From: a virus
Taxonomy: Duplodnaviria > Caudoviricetes
DNA: 27,297 nt
Direction: 5' to 3' (one strand)
Virus record (IMG/VR): IMGVR_UViG_3300014202_000924
Coordinates: 1 to 27,297 of that record
Part shown: one piece after another, positions 8,524 through 17,896 of the stretch
Layout of the letters: each line of letters begins with the position of its first letter
How positions within the stretch are numbered: position 1 is the first letter of the stretch
Made by a program: the position numbers and the translations under genes
The notes under the pieces: generated by a model
What the model saw: only the letters and a program-made list of their open reading frames with translations
What the model was told of the DNA's origin: nothing
The model's database searches: none

Positions 8524-9393
8524 TCAAACTCCTATTGTGTTTCCCCAGAGGTAGACGTGAACTCTGGCACTTACATTATAACCCTTTTTTAAGGTTTGTG
8601 AAGCAATTTCTGCATCCGTAAACAAACCTTCTTTCTGACCTTCAATAGTTGCACCCACTGGCATTATCCATATAGGTAAATTCCAACAAAGCTTTCTGAG
8701 CTTTTCAACCCAATGATCTATCTCATCCCATGCTTCTTCGGTTCCATTACAAACAAATTTTACATAAGCATCAGATCCATTTTCTATATATTCTTGTATA
8801 ATAGCAGGATATACAGCATCCTTTTCGCCTGATACAGAATGTAGTTTTGGAGATATTGAAAATGTAGAATATACTCCATCATACTCTAATAACTTTAGAA
8901 AATCTTTAAAATCAGGTGTTAAAGACTGAGTACCATTTGTTTCGAATGTAATGTCTGTGTAATGTTCATGTTGAATGGCATGCTTCATTATTCCCATAGT
9001 ACATTCTTGAGCATGCTTTAGCAAAGGTTCTCCACCTGTAAAACAAATATGCTTGGGTTTATTTTTTACATCTGCAACTAACTCAACCATCTTATTATAA
9101 ATTTCACTAGGTGTATCTTGATATTGTAGATGTTTAAATTTTTTAGACCAAGAATATGATGAATCACACCCATGAGTGAAAACAGGAAGATCTTCTATTC
9201 TTTTAATAGAATTTACATCAAATTCTTTATATGGAAGAATATAAGAAGATGGATCTTTTGGATTTTTCTGACCAAATCCATCACATTGCAAATTACATAA
9301 GAAATATCTCAACCACAGAGTAGGAATACCTGTAAACTTTCCTTCCCCTTGAATAGAATAAAAAATCTCGCTGTATGCATATTTTTTGCTCAT
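8524..9393 (-). CDS. queE: 7-carboxy-7-deazaguanine synthase QueE (radical SAM)
   Basis: EIFYSIQGEG, CNLQC...GCDS, TGGEPL, ETNGT, SISPKL, RVHVYLWG. Confidence 0.93.
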   Translation of the reverse strand: MSKKYAYSEIFYSIQGEGKFTGIPTLWLRYFLCNLQCDGFGQKNPKDPSSYILPYKEFDVNSIKRIEDLPVFTHGCDSSYSWSKKFKHLQYQDTPSEIYNKMVELVADVKNKPKHICFTGGEPLLKHAQECTMGIMKHAIQHEHYTDITFETNGTQSLTPDFKDFLKLLEYDGVYSTFSISPKLHSVSGEKDAVYPAIIQEYIENGSDAYVKFVCNGTEEAWDEIDHWVEKLRKLCWNLPIWIMPVGATIEGQKEGLFTDAEIASQTLKKGYNVSARVHVYLWGNTIGV

Positions 9394-9908
9394 TGAGTTG
9401 CTACCTTTGCAAACTTTCTTCTAGCCAATCTAATATCTTTTTTCGCTTTTTCATAATGATACGTACCAGCTCTCTTGAAATATTCGATTCCATCCAAGTG
9501 ATCTAACTCATGCTGAAAAGCTCTAGCAGTTATTCCAATTAGTTTCTTAGTAACTATATTACCGTTGGGTTCTGCATATCGTACTTTTATTATAGACGGT
9601 CTCTTGATTTTGACAAGCACTCCTGGAAAAGAAAGACAGCCTTCTTCTAATGAAATAGTTTCACTAGATGTATCTACTATTTTTGGATTAAAACAAACCA
9701 TTGAAGGGTTCGACCATAATGCAAAGGCTCTATAAGGTAAGCCGCATTGGTTCGCGGCTACCCCAAGAGCATTAAATTCTGTCATTATTTTTATAAGAGT
9801 ATTTGATAATTCAACGGGATCTACAGGAGGATTTGAAAAATCAAAATTGGGTGTAGCTTCAGAAAGAAGCGGATTATCAAATAAAATAACTTTAGAATTT
9901 TCTAACAT
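9390..9908 (-). CDS. def: Peptide deformylase
   Basis: GVAANQ, EGCLS and QHELDHLDG motifs. Confidence 0.95.
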   Translation of the reverse strand: MLENSKVILFDNPLLSEATPNFDFSNPPVDPVELSNTLIKIMTEFNALGVAANQCGLPYRAFALWSNPSMVCFNPKIVDTSSETISLEEGCLSFPGVLVKIKRPSIIKVRYAEPNGNIVTKKLIGITARAFQHELDHLDGIEYFKRAGTYHYEKAKKDIRLARRKFAKVATQ

Positions 9909-9909
9909 A

Positions 9910-10611
9910 TCAACTCTCTTTTGGTTTATTAAGCTCTGCTCTTTCTTCTACAGAATATGAGATACGAGTATTTTTTCCAACAAAATCGCTTGTCTTTGAA
10001 CTATAAAGAGCTACAGCATCCATCATTCGACCTCTTGAAACTGAAGCTGTGCTATCAATACCTATTCCTACTGACATTGCTTGACTGGTTACATCAAAAT
10101 CGGCGCCTAGGAAAGTTACTTGCCAATTATTTTTTTCTGTAAGATTTTTCAACCTTTCTTTAATGGCTTCTTTGGTCCATGTTTTACTTGCATTTTCTTC
10201 CCCATCAGTCATAATGACAATAGAAGTATATTTTGCACTTCTTTTAGAAGCCAAATCTAATAACTTAGCTGTTGCATCGAAAAGAGGGGTCGCCCCTCTT
10301 GGACTCGTTTCAGCATACACTAATGGTATACAAGTTTCTGCATCAACACTTTCTCTAAGAACATCAAATGATAAAGACTCATTTTTAAATTCATTGAAAT
10401 GTCTAACACCCCCAAGATTTGGATGTGTAAAAACAGGTGCATTTGTTCCATCAAACACTGCCAGTGTTATAAAACTCTTAAAATCTTTCTGTTCTTTTTG
10501 CTTTTGTATAAAGTAATTAATAGATGAAATTGCTTCAGTCCATTTACCTCCTGCCATAGATCCAGATCTATCAAGCAAGATATATGTGTGTAATTCTTTC
10601 TTTTTAGCCAT
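9910..10611 (-). CDS. von Willebrand factor A domain protein
   Basis: MIDAS motif DRSGS, plus TPLFDA, IMTDGEEN and FLGA. Confidence 0.88.
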   Translation of the reverse strand: MAKKKELHTYILLDRSGSMAGGKWTEAISSINYFIQKQKEQKDFKSFITLAVFDGTNAPVFTHPNLGGVRHFNEFKNESLSFDVLRESVDAETCIPLVYAETSPRGATPLFDATAKLLDLASKRSAKYTSIVIMTDGEENASKTWTKEAIKERLKNLTEKNNWQVTFLGADFDVTSQAMSVGIGIDSTASVSRGRMMDAVALYSSKTSDFVGKNTRISYSVEERAELNKPKES

Positions 10612-10614
10612 TTG

Positions 10615-11298
10615 CTATTCTCCTATAAAAGCTTCAAAAAAATTATAGTTGTTGTCTATAATTAGTACTTCAGTGGGTCGTTTTTCTAGATGATCTATTA
10701 TCACATCTGTCTTTGAAAAACCCATTTCAAAATAATTCTCCCAATCCTTTAATCTTTTAAATTTTCGTATAGTGTCTTGAATATGTTCATCTGTTACAGG
10801 AAGAATTTCACATTTAGCCCCGCGTTCACCATCTATTCGCAACATATTCCAACCACGACCATAACTCTTAGTCGTTATGTTAAACTTAACTGTTCTATTT
10901 ACAAACTGAATAAATCTAGTCAATTCCATGTCACATGACATAGGTCTATTCTTGTGCGTCAAACATCTACCATCTTCTTTTCTCAAATATCTACAAAACC
11001 TATCATCATGATCATTGAGATCAGAATAAATCAAATATTTCTTATCATTGAATTCTATATATCTTTGTTCAACCGTTTCCCATCCAGAATTGCCCTCATT
11101 AGGCAACCAATCTATTGTCCATGCACTACAACAACCGCCACAACCTGCTGGACAAGTATATCCTCTAGCTAAATCTGCAGAAATTCTGATAGGGAAAGGC
11201 TCATAAAGCTTTCCCTTGTATGTAAAAGGTTTAAATGTTATTGCTGCGAAATGGGTTGTAATAATTTTGTCAACACTATCTCTTATAACAGGTTTCAT
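10615..11298 (-). CDS. Cysteine-cluster metalloprotein (YkgJ/CxxCxxCC-like); candidate preQ1 methyltransferase (DpdM-like)
   Basis: CPAGCGGCC, then CRYL...GRC...RPMSC. Function inferred from motif and context only. Confidence 0.6.
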   Translation of the reverse strand: MKPVIRDSVDKIITTHFAAITFKPFTYKGKLYEPFPIRISADLARGYTCPAGCGGCCSAWTIDWLPNEGNSGWETVEQRYIEFNDKKYLIYSDLNDHDDRFCRYLRKEDGRCLTHKNRPMSCDMELTRFIQFVNRTVKFNITTKSYGRGWNMLRIDGERGAKCEILPVTDEHIQDTIRKFKRLKDWENYFEMGFSKTDVIIDHLEKRPTEVLIIDNNYNFFEAFIGE

Positions 11299-11768
11299 TT
11301 ATAAGGTTCCCAAAACCATTTTGATTCTTGCAATGATGCTCTAATATCCATCAATAAAATTCCTAATCTATTATCACCCCCGCCATCACAAACACCCCAA
11401 TAAACATCACCCCAATCATTACCTTCAATGAGAACAGCATCCTCTGTGGCCATAAGTTTTTGCCATAGATTATTATTCAATCTATTGAAAGGGCTAAATT
11501 TCAGCCTAAGCAACTTATACATGATATCATCTTTAATATCATCCCAATTGTCAACTTTACCCGTTAAATTTTTAGATATCTTTTTTGCTGCTACAGGCGT
11601 TTCAACATCATGAGCAAATATAGACCAAATTTCACTTGAACTAAATTTCATTGCTTGATATGCATGTTCAACGGTTTTAAATGTATAGTTTCTATAAGAA
11701 ATAATAGATGGATAAAAATTAGAAAGAAAATAATTATTGCCAGAAAATTTATCTATAACTACGCTCAT
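11295..11768 (-). CDS. NADAR (YbiA-like) family glycohydrolase
   Basis: FLSNFYP, TVEHAYQAMKF, LKF, LIEGNDWGDVYWG, NRLGILLMDIR. Confidence 0.92.
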   Translation of the reverse strand: MSVVIDKFSGNNYFLSNFYPSIISYRNYTFKTVEHAYQAMKFSSSEIWSIFAHDVETPVAAKKISKNLTGKVDNWDDIKDDIMYKLLRLKFSPFNRLNNNLWQKLMATEDAVLIEGNDWGDVYWGVCDGGGDNRLGILLMDIRASLQESKWFWEPYK

Positions 11769-13486
11769 GATGCAATCCTACTAAAATTGTTATGTTTCTC
11801 AAACTTTATAACTGAATGAAATTTATCATACAGTTGATCTGTCTTATGCGATATAATAAACGTATTAGTGTCGCTTGTCAAGTTTTCTAGAATCTTAAGG
11901 AATTCATCCGTTCCATTAGAATCCAAAGAACTATCAAAAATTTCATCTAGAATTAAAAGATTAGTACTAGAAGAATTTCTAAGTTTTGCAACAGATCTCC
12001 ATGTGAAAAGAAGGGCCAAATCTATACGCATTTTCTCACCTTCAGAAAATGAAGCATAACTAAACTCATCTCTAAATCTAGATTTAATAGTTTCTTCAAA
12101 CTCTTCATTGAGTTCAAAGTTTACAAAGAAATCCATTGCAGCAAGGTACTTGTTTATCAACTTATTCATCACGGGAACATATTGCTTAATAATCTGTGCT
12201 TTGATTCCACCATCTTTTAAAATCTGAGATGCAATATCAAACACCTGCTTATTATTTAGCAATTCTTCTTTTTTGGTTTCATGCAAGGTCAATTCTGCTT
12301 TGAATTTTTCAGATTCATCTATTTCTTCTATAGAATTGCTAGATGATGTTTTCAAATCTTCTAACTCACTTTTCAATGAAACAAGAATAGAATTCCAAGC
12401 TTCTAATTTGGTCTCATATGAATATGATTCTTGTTCAAGCTGCTTTTGTGTAGCTTCGACATCTTGATAATACTCTATAGAAGTATTTAGTATTTCATAT
12501 TGTTCAGCAAACATATTTTTGGAAGATAAAATTTCTTCTAATTTACCATGAAGATCACACAAGGTAATCTCTTTGAAAGTATCATCAATTTTCTGTTTGC
12601 AAGTAGGACAGTCATTATTATCACTAAAAAATTTTAAATCTTTTTTGAGTCTGTCCTCTTTACTTTTTACTTGATATTCGAGATCTTTTAGCTTTGATAA
12701 TTTCGCCTTTAACTTTGAATATGCATCACTTGTTAATATTTTTTCATTGAGTTTGAAGTAATCATCTATTCTACTCAATTCAAGATTAGCATTGTCAATA
12801 TTATTTACAATTTCAACTATTTTATTTTTCTTTAATTCAATAATCTCTTCATTTGATGCTTTGAGAGCCTGCAAATGTTCCTTGTGCATTTTGATCTTTT
12901 GTTTGGAGAGATTGATTTGATATTCTACATCAGACAATTCTTGCTTATTTTTAGCAACCTTATCTTTTAGAATAGAATTCATAGTAGAGAAAATTTGAAT
13001 ATCTAGCAAATCCTCAATGACTTGTCTACGATGCGCAGCAGTCAATTGCATAAAAGGAATGAAATTAGCTGAACCTATCACAACAATCTGTGAGAAAGAT
13101 TTGTGATTTAGCTTTAAAATGGTTGTTTCTAAATATTGCTGATAATCTCTTGTTTCAGCAGATTGATTCAAAAGTTTTCCATTTTGATATATTTCGAATA
13201 AGGCAGGTTTCTGTCCTCTTTTTACAATATATTCTTTGTTGTTAATTTTAAATTCACATTCAACAACCATATTCTTATTATTGATGGCATTTACAAGCTG
13301 TGGCTTATTGATATTTCTATAAGGCTTGCCATATAAAGAATATGATAATGCATCAAGCATAGTAGACTTGCCCGCACCATTTTCACCCACAATCAATGTA
13401 GATTTAGAACGAGTAAAGTCAATTTCTGTGAATACGTTTCCAGTGGAAAGAAAATTCTTCCATCTCAATTTTTGAAAAATAATCAT
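11765..13486 (-). CDS. gp46: Rad50/SbcC-like recombination ATPase gp46
   Basis: WKNFLSTGN, Walker A GENGAGKST, coiled coil with CPTC hook, signature FSEGE, LILDEIFDSSLD. Confidence 0.96.
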   Translation of the reverse strand: MIIFQKLRWKNFLSTGNVFTEIDFTRSKSTLIVGENGAGKSTMLDALSYSLYGKPYRNINKPQLVNAINNKNMVVECEFKINNKEYIVKRGQKPALFEIYQNGKLLNQSAETRDYQQYLETTILKLNHKSFSQIVVIGSANFIPFMQLTAAHRRQVIEDLLDIQIFSTMNSILKDKVAKNKQELSDVEYQINLSKQKIKMHKEHLQALKASNEEIIELKKNKIVEIVNNIDNANLELSRIDDYFKLNEKILTSDAYSKLKAKLSKLKDLEYQVKSKEDRLKKDLKFFSDNNDCPTCKQKIDDTFKEITLCDLHGKLEEILSSKNMFAEQYEILNTSIEYYQDVEATQKQLEQESYSYETKLEAWNSILVSLKSELEDLKTSSSNSIEEIDESEKFKAELTLHETKKEELLNNKQVFDIASQILKDGGIKAQIIKQYVPVMNKLINKYLAAMDFFVNFELNEEFEETIKSRFRDEFSYASFSEGEKMRIDLALLFTWRSVAKLRNSSSTNLLILDEIFDSSLDSNGTDEFLKILENLTSDTNTFIISHKTDQLYDKFHSVIKFEKHNNFSRIAS

Positions 13487-13489
13487 TAT

Positions 13490-14557
13490 TTACTCTTTCG
13501 CTAAAGCTTCATTATATAAGTTTGTCAGTAGATTGGTTATCTTAGGTTTAGCTACTTTAAAATCTAATTGATCCACATAATGTTTAAGAAAGGATACAGT
13601 ATCTTCAACATCTCCTCCAATATCGGAATCATCTTCTAGATCTAGATTCAAATGATCATCGACTATTTGTATATTTTCAATACCAATTTTTTCTAAATTA
13701 TCAATATACAAATCAAAATTATATGGATTTGTCTTTTGTTTAATGATAACCTTTACATACGAATTGTGCAGATTGTGTGCACTTACACTCAAATCTTCTA
13801 GCATATCATCTAAAGATTTTTCGGAATCATCATAAAATACTTTATTAAAAATGGTGTATGGATTTAGAATGTACTCTAAACTTCTATCAGATGTATCGAA
13901 AATATGAAACCCTCTAAAATCACCAAAATCACTCCATGTCATCTGATAGGGCGCGCCCAAATAATGAATATTTTCTCTAGAAGATTTATGGTGAAAGTGA
14001 CCTGAGCAAACCATATCAAATTTCGAAAATATAGATGTTTCAAACCCATGATCGTTGAATGAATTTTTATACATTTCAAAACCTTGAATTTCAAAATGTC
14101 CGAACATTATATCTGCTTTTGTTGTTTGCATAGCAGCCATTGATTCAGCATAATTACCCGAATTTATCCAGGGCATCAATAATATCTTACAACCATCAAA
14201 ATCTATCTCTGCTGCACTCGAATAATAATTAATATTATCTTGAGGAAAGGGAAGCAGCTCTCTCATAGAATTTACATCATTAGTATTCTTGAAATAAGTA
14301 TCATGATTTCCAATAATCAAATGTACATTTTTCTTTAGCGCAGGAAATAAAAACGAATCTCTAAAATTGCGAATAGAAAGATAGTTGATAAATTTTCTTC
14401 TATCAACAATATCACCTAGATGAATTATTGTATCAATATTATTTTCTTCTAAGTAAGGAAAGAATACATTATCATAAAATTTCTTAAAATAAGCAGCAAA
14501 CACTTGGCTATCATTTCGTGCGCCAAAATGAGTATCAGTTATAAGAGCTATTTTCAT
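13490..14557 (-). CDS. gp47: Mre11/SbcD-like recombination nuclease gp47
   Basis: DTHFG, LGDIVD, GNHD, GHFE and SGHFH metallophosphoesterase motifs; upstream of gp46. Confidence 0.96.
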   Translation of the reverse strand: MKIALITDTHFGARNDSQVFAAYFKKFYDNVFFPYLEENNIDTIIHLGDIVDRRKFINYLSIRNFRDSFLFPALKKNVHLIIGNHDTYFKNTNDVNSMRELLPFPQDNINYYSSAAEIDFDGCKILLMPWINSGNYAESMAAMQTTKADIMFGHFEIQGFEMYKNSFNDHGFETSIFSKFDMVCSGHFHHKSSRENIHYLGAPYQMTWSDFGDFRGFHIFDTSDRSLEYILNPYTIFNKVFYDDSEKSLDDMLEDLSVSAHNLHNSYVKVIIKQKTNPYNFDLYIDNLEKIGIENIQIVDDHLNLDLEDDSDIGGDVEDTVSFLKHYVDQLDFKVAKPKITNLLTNLYNEALAKE

Positions 14558-14751
14558 TATCTTTTATTCTTGTACTTGTGAGGGTATTTTTCAAAATTAT
14601 ATTCGTTGATTGCTTGATTACATATATCTCTAATATAGGAGAGATGAGTCATGTAATTATCTCTAATCTCAAATCCTATCTTCTTATTTCTAATATTCTT
14701 TACCCACTCAACTATCATTGGTGGCACAGGTGTATTTTCAGTCATTTTCAT
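14557..14751 (-). CDS. Hypothetical protein, about 62-64 aa
   Basis: Coupled to gp47 (TAATG). The true start may be 14745, which has better spacing from GGAG. Confidence 0.65.
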   Translation of the reverse strand: MKMTENTPVPPMIVEWVKNIRNKKIGFEIRDNYMTHLSYIRDICNQAINEYNFEKYPHKYKNKR

Positions 14752-15274
14752 CTCCTACAAATTTTTCAAGACCTGTAATTTTCTTCTTCTTTTCATTCAA
14801 TTTCTTTTCAAAGTCAGCTATAAATTCATGTTTCTTTTCATTTTCTATATCGATAAAACTAGCAGATACGTTTTCATCAAATTCATTATAATCAACTAAT
14901 TCACTATTCAAATACATATGTTCTGTACTTTTATGCTTGATATAAAGCTGTTTCTTTTCTTTTTGAATTCGTCTAAGAAAAGCATAATGAATAATCTGTG
15001 TGAAGTACGCAAAAGGATTTGATGATTTTGCTGGGTCAAAGTTATCTACATACAATACACAATTTTCTATACCATCAGAAATCATTTCATCTCTATAAGT
15101 ATAGTTAATAAAATTTGGTCTGCGACTAAGCCTTTCAGCTATTTGTAAAAAACATTCCCCTATATAGTTTGGCAATCGAGGTTTCTTTTCAGAATTTTCT
15201 TTAGCTAACTTAACTTTATCACGATAAATTGTGATCTCTTCTAAGAATTTTTTATTATTAACGTAATGAGCCAT
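14738..15274 (-). CDS. gp55: Late transcription sigma factor gp55
   Basis: HYVNNKKF, YIGECFLQIAERLSRRPNF, EMISDGIE, NPFAYFTQI. Confidence 0.95.
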   Translation of the reverse strand: MAHYVNNKKFLEEITIYRDKVKLAKENSEKKPRLPNYIGECFLQIAERLSRRPNFINYTYRDEMISDGIENCVLYVDNFDPAKSSNPFAYFTQIIHYAFLRRIQKEKKQLYIKHKSTEHMYLNSELVDYNEFDENVSASFIDIENEKKHEFIADFEKKLNEKKKKITGLEKFVGDEND

Positions 15275-15696
15275 TAGTGTATATCCTTGGGCATAATTCT
15301 TTTTTTGGGCTTTTCAGCATCTATAGATGGCTGGCTATTCCTAATTGTTTTTTTGGTAGCGAAAATTAACGATTGTTTGATTGAACCCTCATCTTCAGGC
15401 AATGACAATTTATATGTAGCCATATAAAATTCTATCATTTCATCCATAGGTTTTCTTATATATGCTATAGCAGATGAGTTTATTGTTGTAGTTGCATCAG
15501 GATCTATATCTGCAAAGTATGGGTATTTCAATAATACCAATTCAGGGTTACCTGTATTCGGATTGGTAGAAATCAACAACTTACACATATCTCTACATGT
15601 AATAGATTTATTCTTTTCATTCCATTCTAGTTGATTGGATTTTGCAATCAATTCTTCACCGCTAACCAATTTAATCAGAACAACATCATAACTCAT
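15274..15696 (-). CDS. T4-like hypothetical protein (possible Sm-like N-terminus)
   Basis: IKLVSGEELIA motif; located between uvsW and gp55 with overlaps at both ends. Confidence 0.7.
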   Translation of the reverse strand: MSYDVVLIKLVSGEELIAKSNQLEWNEKNKSITCRDMCKLLISTNPNTGNPELVLLKYPYFADIDPDATTTINSSAIAYIRKPMDEMIEFYMATYKLSLPEDEGSIKQSLIFATKKTIRNSQPSIDAEKPKKRIMPKDIH

Positions 15697-17138
15697 AATG
15701 AATACCTATACGTTTTTACGTTAAACTTCTGTTCATGATATATTTTGTGTCTTTCTATATAATGAATAATTCCAAAATTTTCTCTTTGCTTCCAAGTCAT
15801 GTCATCTACTATATCATACAACACACACTTGCTTTTACTAGATGATTTTCTCAATCCACGACCAATAGATTGCAATACTTTGATTCGTGACTTATAAGGT
15901 GAAGCAAATATTACATTATCAATATTAGGGATATTTACACCTGTGCTCAATGTACCGTAACTGGCTACCAATATAGAATTTTGCAAAGAATTTATTTTAT
16001 TTCTTATTTCGTTTCTTTTTTCACCGTCTACTTTACCATCAATAAAATATACAGGTATATTAGCTTTATCCTTGATACTATTATACAACCCATTCCCTTG
16101 TAATTCAACATATTGAAATAGTATTAGAGTATTTCCTTTAAGGCTTAATGCTAAATCTCTTATAAAGTTGTTTCTAGAAGTATGTTTAGCTAAAAATGAT
16201 GCTTCTTGAGCATAATTCATTTTTTTAACTAATTTTTTATCATCATCTTTATGTGTGAGGATAACAGACTTTATTTTCAAATCTGCGACAATTCCACGTT
16301 CCATTAAATCTGCTGTTGTTATAACTTCTGTGGAAGGACCAAATAACCCCTCTAAAACTAACTGATGAGTTTCTGTTCCATCTAACGTACCTGTGAATCC
16401 AAATCTATGTTCCGCATTAACAAGATTTGACATTATATAAGTCAATGATTTGGATTTAAAATGGTGAGCTTCATCACCTATCACAACTTCATATTCTTTA
16501 AAAAATTCAGGATCTTTCTTATAGATGGACTGCCATGTAGTTATTACTATTGGCTTGGTAGTTGTCTTTTCTTTCCCCGAAAAGATCTTGTGGCAATATT
16601 TGTCTGAGTCTAATCCATACGATTGAAAATCCTCATACATCTGGTGTACGAGTGTTGTGGTTGGAACAACAATGAGAGTCTTTTTTAGAAGGTATCGAAC
16701 TATACAATATATGATGAATGATTTACCTGATGCCGTTGGGCAAACAAACAATCCATTCTTATCTCTAATAGCTTTCGTGAATGTTTCTACCTGAAAATCA
16801 CGAATCTCTAAATGATCTGCTTTTATTTTACCAACAAAACTATGCCCGTCATCTAATGTAAATGACGAGCACACAGCAGAATTTAGATTAAGTCTGTAAT
16901 TTCTATCTTTGCAGAATTTTTCTAGATACTTTATTAAGCCATTATAAAGTTGTTTTTTTAATGGATTGAATAGATATATTTTACCATCCCATATTCTGTT
17001 TCTAAAATTGGGCATGAATTTATACCCAGGAACAAAAAATGAGAAATATTCATTCAATTCATATGCTATACTTGGCTCACAATCAATGTAACTATATACA
17101 GAATTAATTCTTTTAACTATTAATTCTTCTTCCTTCAT
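15693..17138 (-). CDS. uvsW: SF2 DNA helicase UvsW
   Basis: WDGKIYLF, PTASGKS, TTWQS, DEAH, GFTGT, QSIGRGLR. Confidence 0.95.
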   Translation of the reverse strand: MKEEELIVKRINSVYSYIDCEPSIAYELNEYFSFFVPGYKFMPNFRNRIWDGKIYLFNPLKKQLYNGLIKYLEKFCKDRNYRLNLNSAVCSSFTLDDGHSFVGKIKADHLEIRDFQVETFTKAIRDKNGLFVCPTASGKSFIIYCIVRYLLKKTLIVVPTTTLVHQMYEDFQSYGLDSDKYCHKIFSGKEKTTTKPIVITTWQSIYKKDPEFFKEYEVVIGDEAHHFKSKSLTYIMSNLVNAEHRFGFTGTLDGTETHQLVLEGLFGPSTEVITTADLMERGIVADLKIKSVILTHKDDDKKLVKKMNYAQEASFLAKHTSRNNFIRDLALSLKGNTLILFQYVELQGNGLYNSIKDKANIPVYFIDGKVDGEKRNEIRNKINSLQNSILVASYGTLSTGVNIPNIDNVIFASPYKSRIKVLQSIGRGLRKSSSKSKCVLYDIVDDMTWKQRENFGIIHYIERHKIYHEQKFNVKTYRYSL

Positions 17139-17526
17139 ATTTTGGCTTGTTTAGCTTAACCTCTTCTTCGAGATTAGGCGGAACATAGTTTGGTCCTTTC
17201 ATAATTTTACCATCATCTCTATATATGGGTTTTCCATCCTCACCTAGCTTTGTCATATTTGAAGTGTGAACGATATCCAAGCATCTATCAAGATTGACTC
17301 CATAAAGATGACCAACACCATAAACTACATACAACAAATCGGCCAAAGCATCTGCAATTTCAACTAGATCCTTATTATCGATACCTTCGCGCAGTTCATC
17401 CAATTCTTCTGCAATTAGACCTACTTTCATTGCAACCATTCCAGAATCAGGTTCTAAGTCAGGAGTATCTCGGCACGGATGTCCAAATGCAGTCAAAAAT
17501 TCGCCAACTTTTTCAAAATTTGTCAT
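17113..17526 (-). CDS. MazG-like / all-alpha NTP pyrophosphohydrolase
   Basis: EELDEL...EIADALADLLYV, VHTSNMTK, RDDGKIMKGPNY. Confidence 0.88.
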   Translation of the reverse strand: MTNFEKVGEFLTAFGHPCRDTPDLEPDSGMVAMKVGLIAEELDELREGIDNKDLVEIADALADLLYVVYGVGHLYGVNLDRCLDIVHTSNMTKLGEDGKPIYRDDGKIMKGPNYVPPNLEEEVKLNKPKYEGRRINS

Positions 17527-17536
17527 TATAAATCCT

Positions 17537-17896
17537 TTAAACGATATGAATAATTCTATCTAGTGTGTAATATGTTACATTATCTGTGCCAAATTCGTTC
17601 CAGAATTTTTCTAGAACAGCCATTTTATCAAATGGCTTGCACGAGAACATATCAAAACAAAATGCTTGATGTTCTGTCCATGTATGAATGGAAAGATGAC
17701 TTTCTGCTAAAAGATAAAGAGCAGTTAAAGCTCCCCCTGGAAAAGGATGAAACTGTCTATTCAGAATAGTAGATCCTGTCATCTCAACAATTTCATCTAG
17801 AAATTTTTCCCAATCATATTCAATTGTAAGATATTCAGGTTTCACCTTACAAACATCAATAATGATATGATCACCCAACTTAAAATTTTTCACCAA
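17537..17896 (-). CDS. speD: Pyruvoyl-dependent S-adenosylmethionine decarboxylase-like proenzyme
   Basis: GDHIIID, HPFPGGALT, LAESHLSIHTW (E-S self-cleavage site), DMFSC. Confidence 0.88.
   Translation of the reverse strand: MVKNFKLGDHIIIDVCKVKPEYLTIEYDWEKFLDEIVEMTGSTILNRQFHPFPGGALTALYLLAESHLSIHTWTEHQAFCFDMFSCKPFDKMAVLEKFWNEFGTDNVTYYTLDRIIHIV

Noticed and set aside
3839-9393. Reading the cluster as a tRNA queuosine auxiliary pathway
   Set aside because: No queA or queG and no tRNA in the window, and the TGT-fold protein lacks the Zn motif. DNA modification is more likely, though a tRNA role is not excluded.
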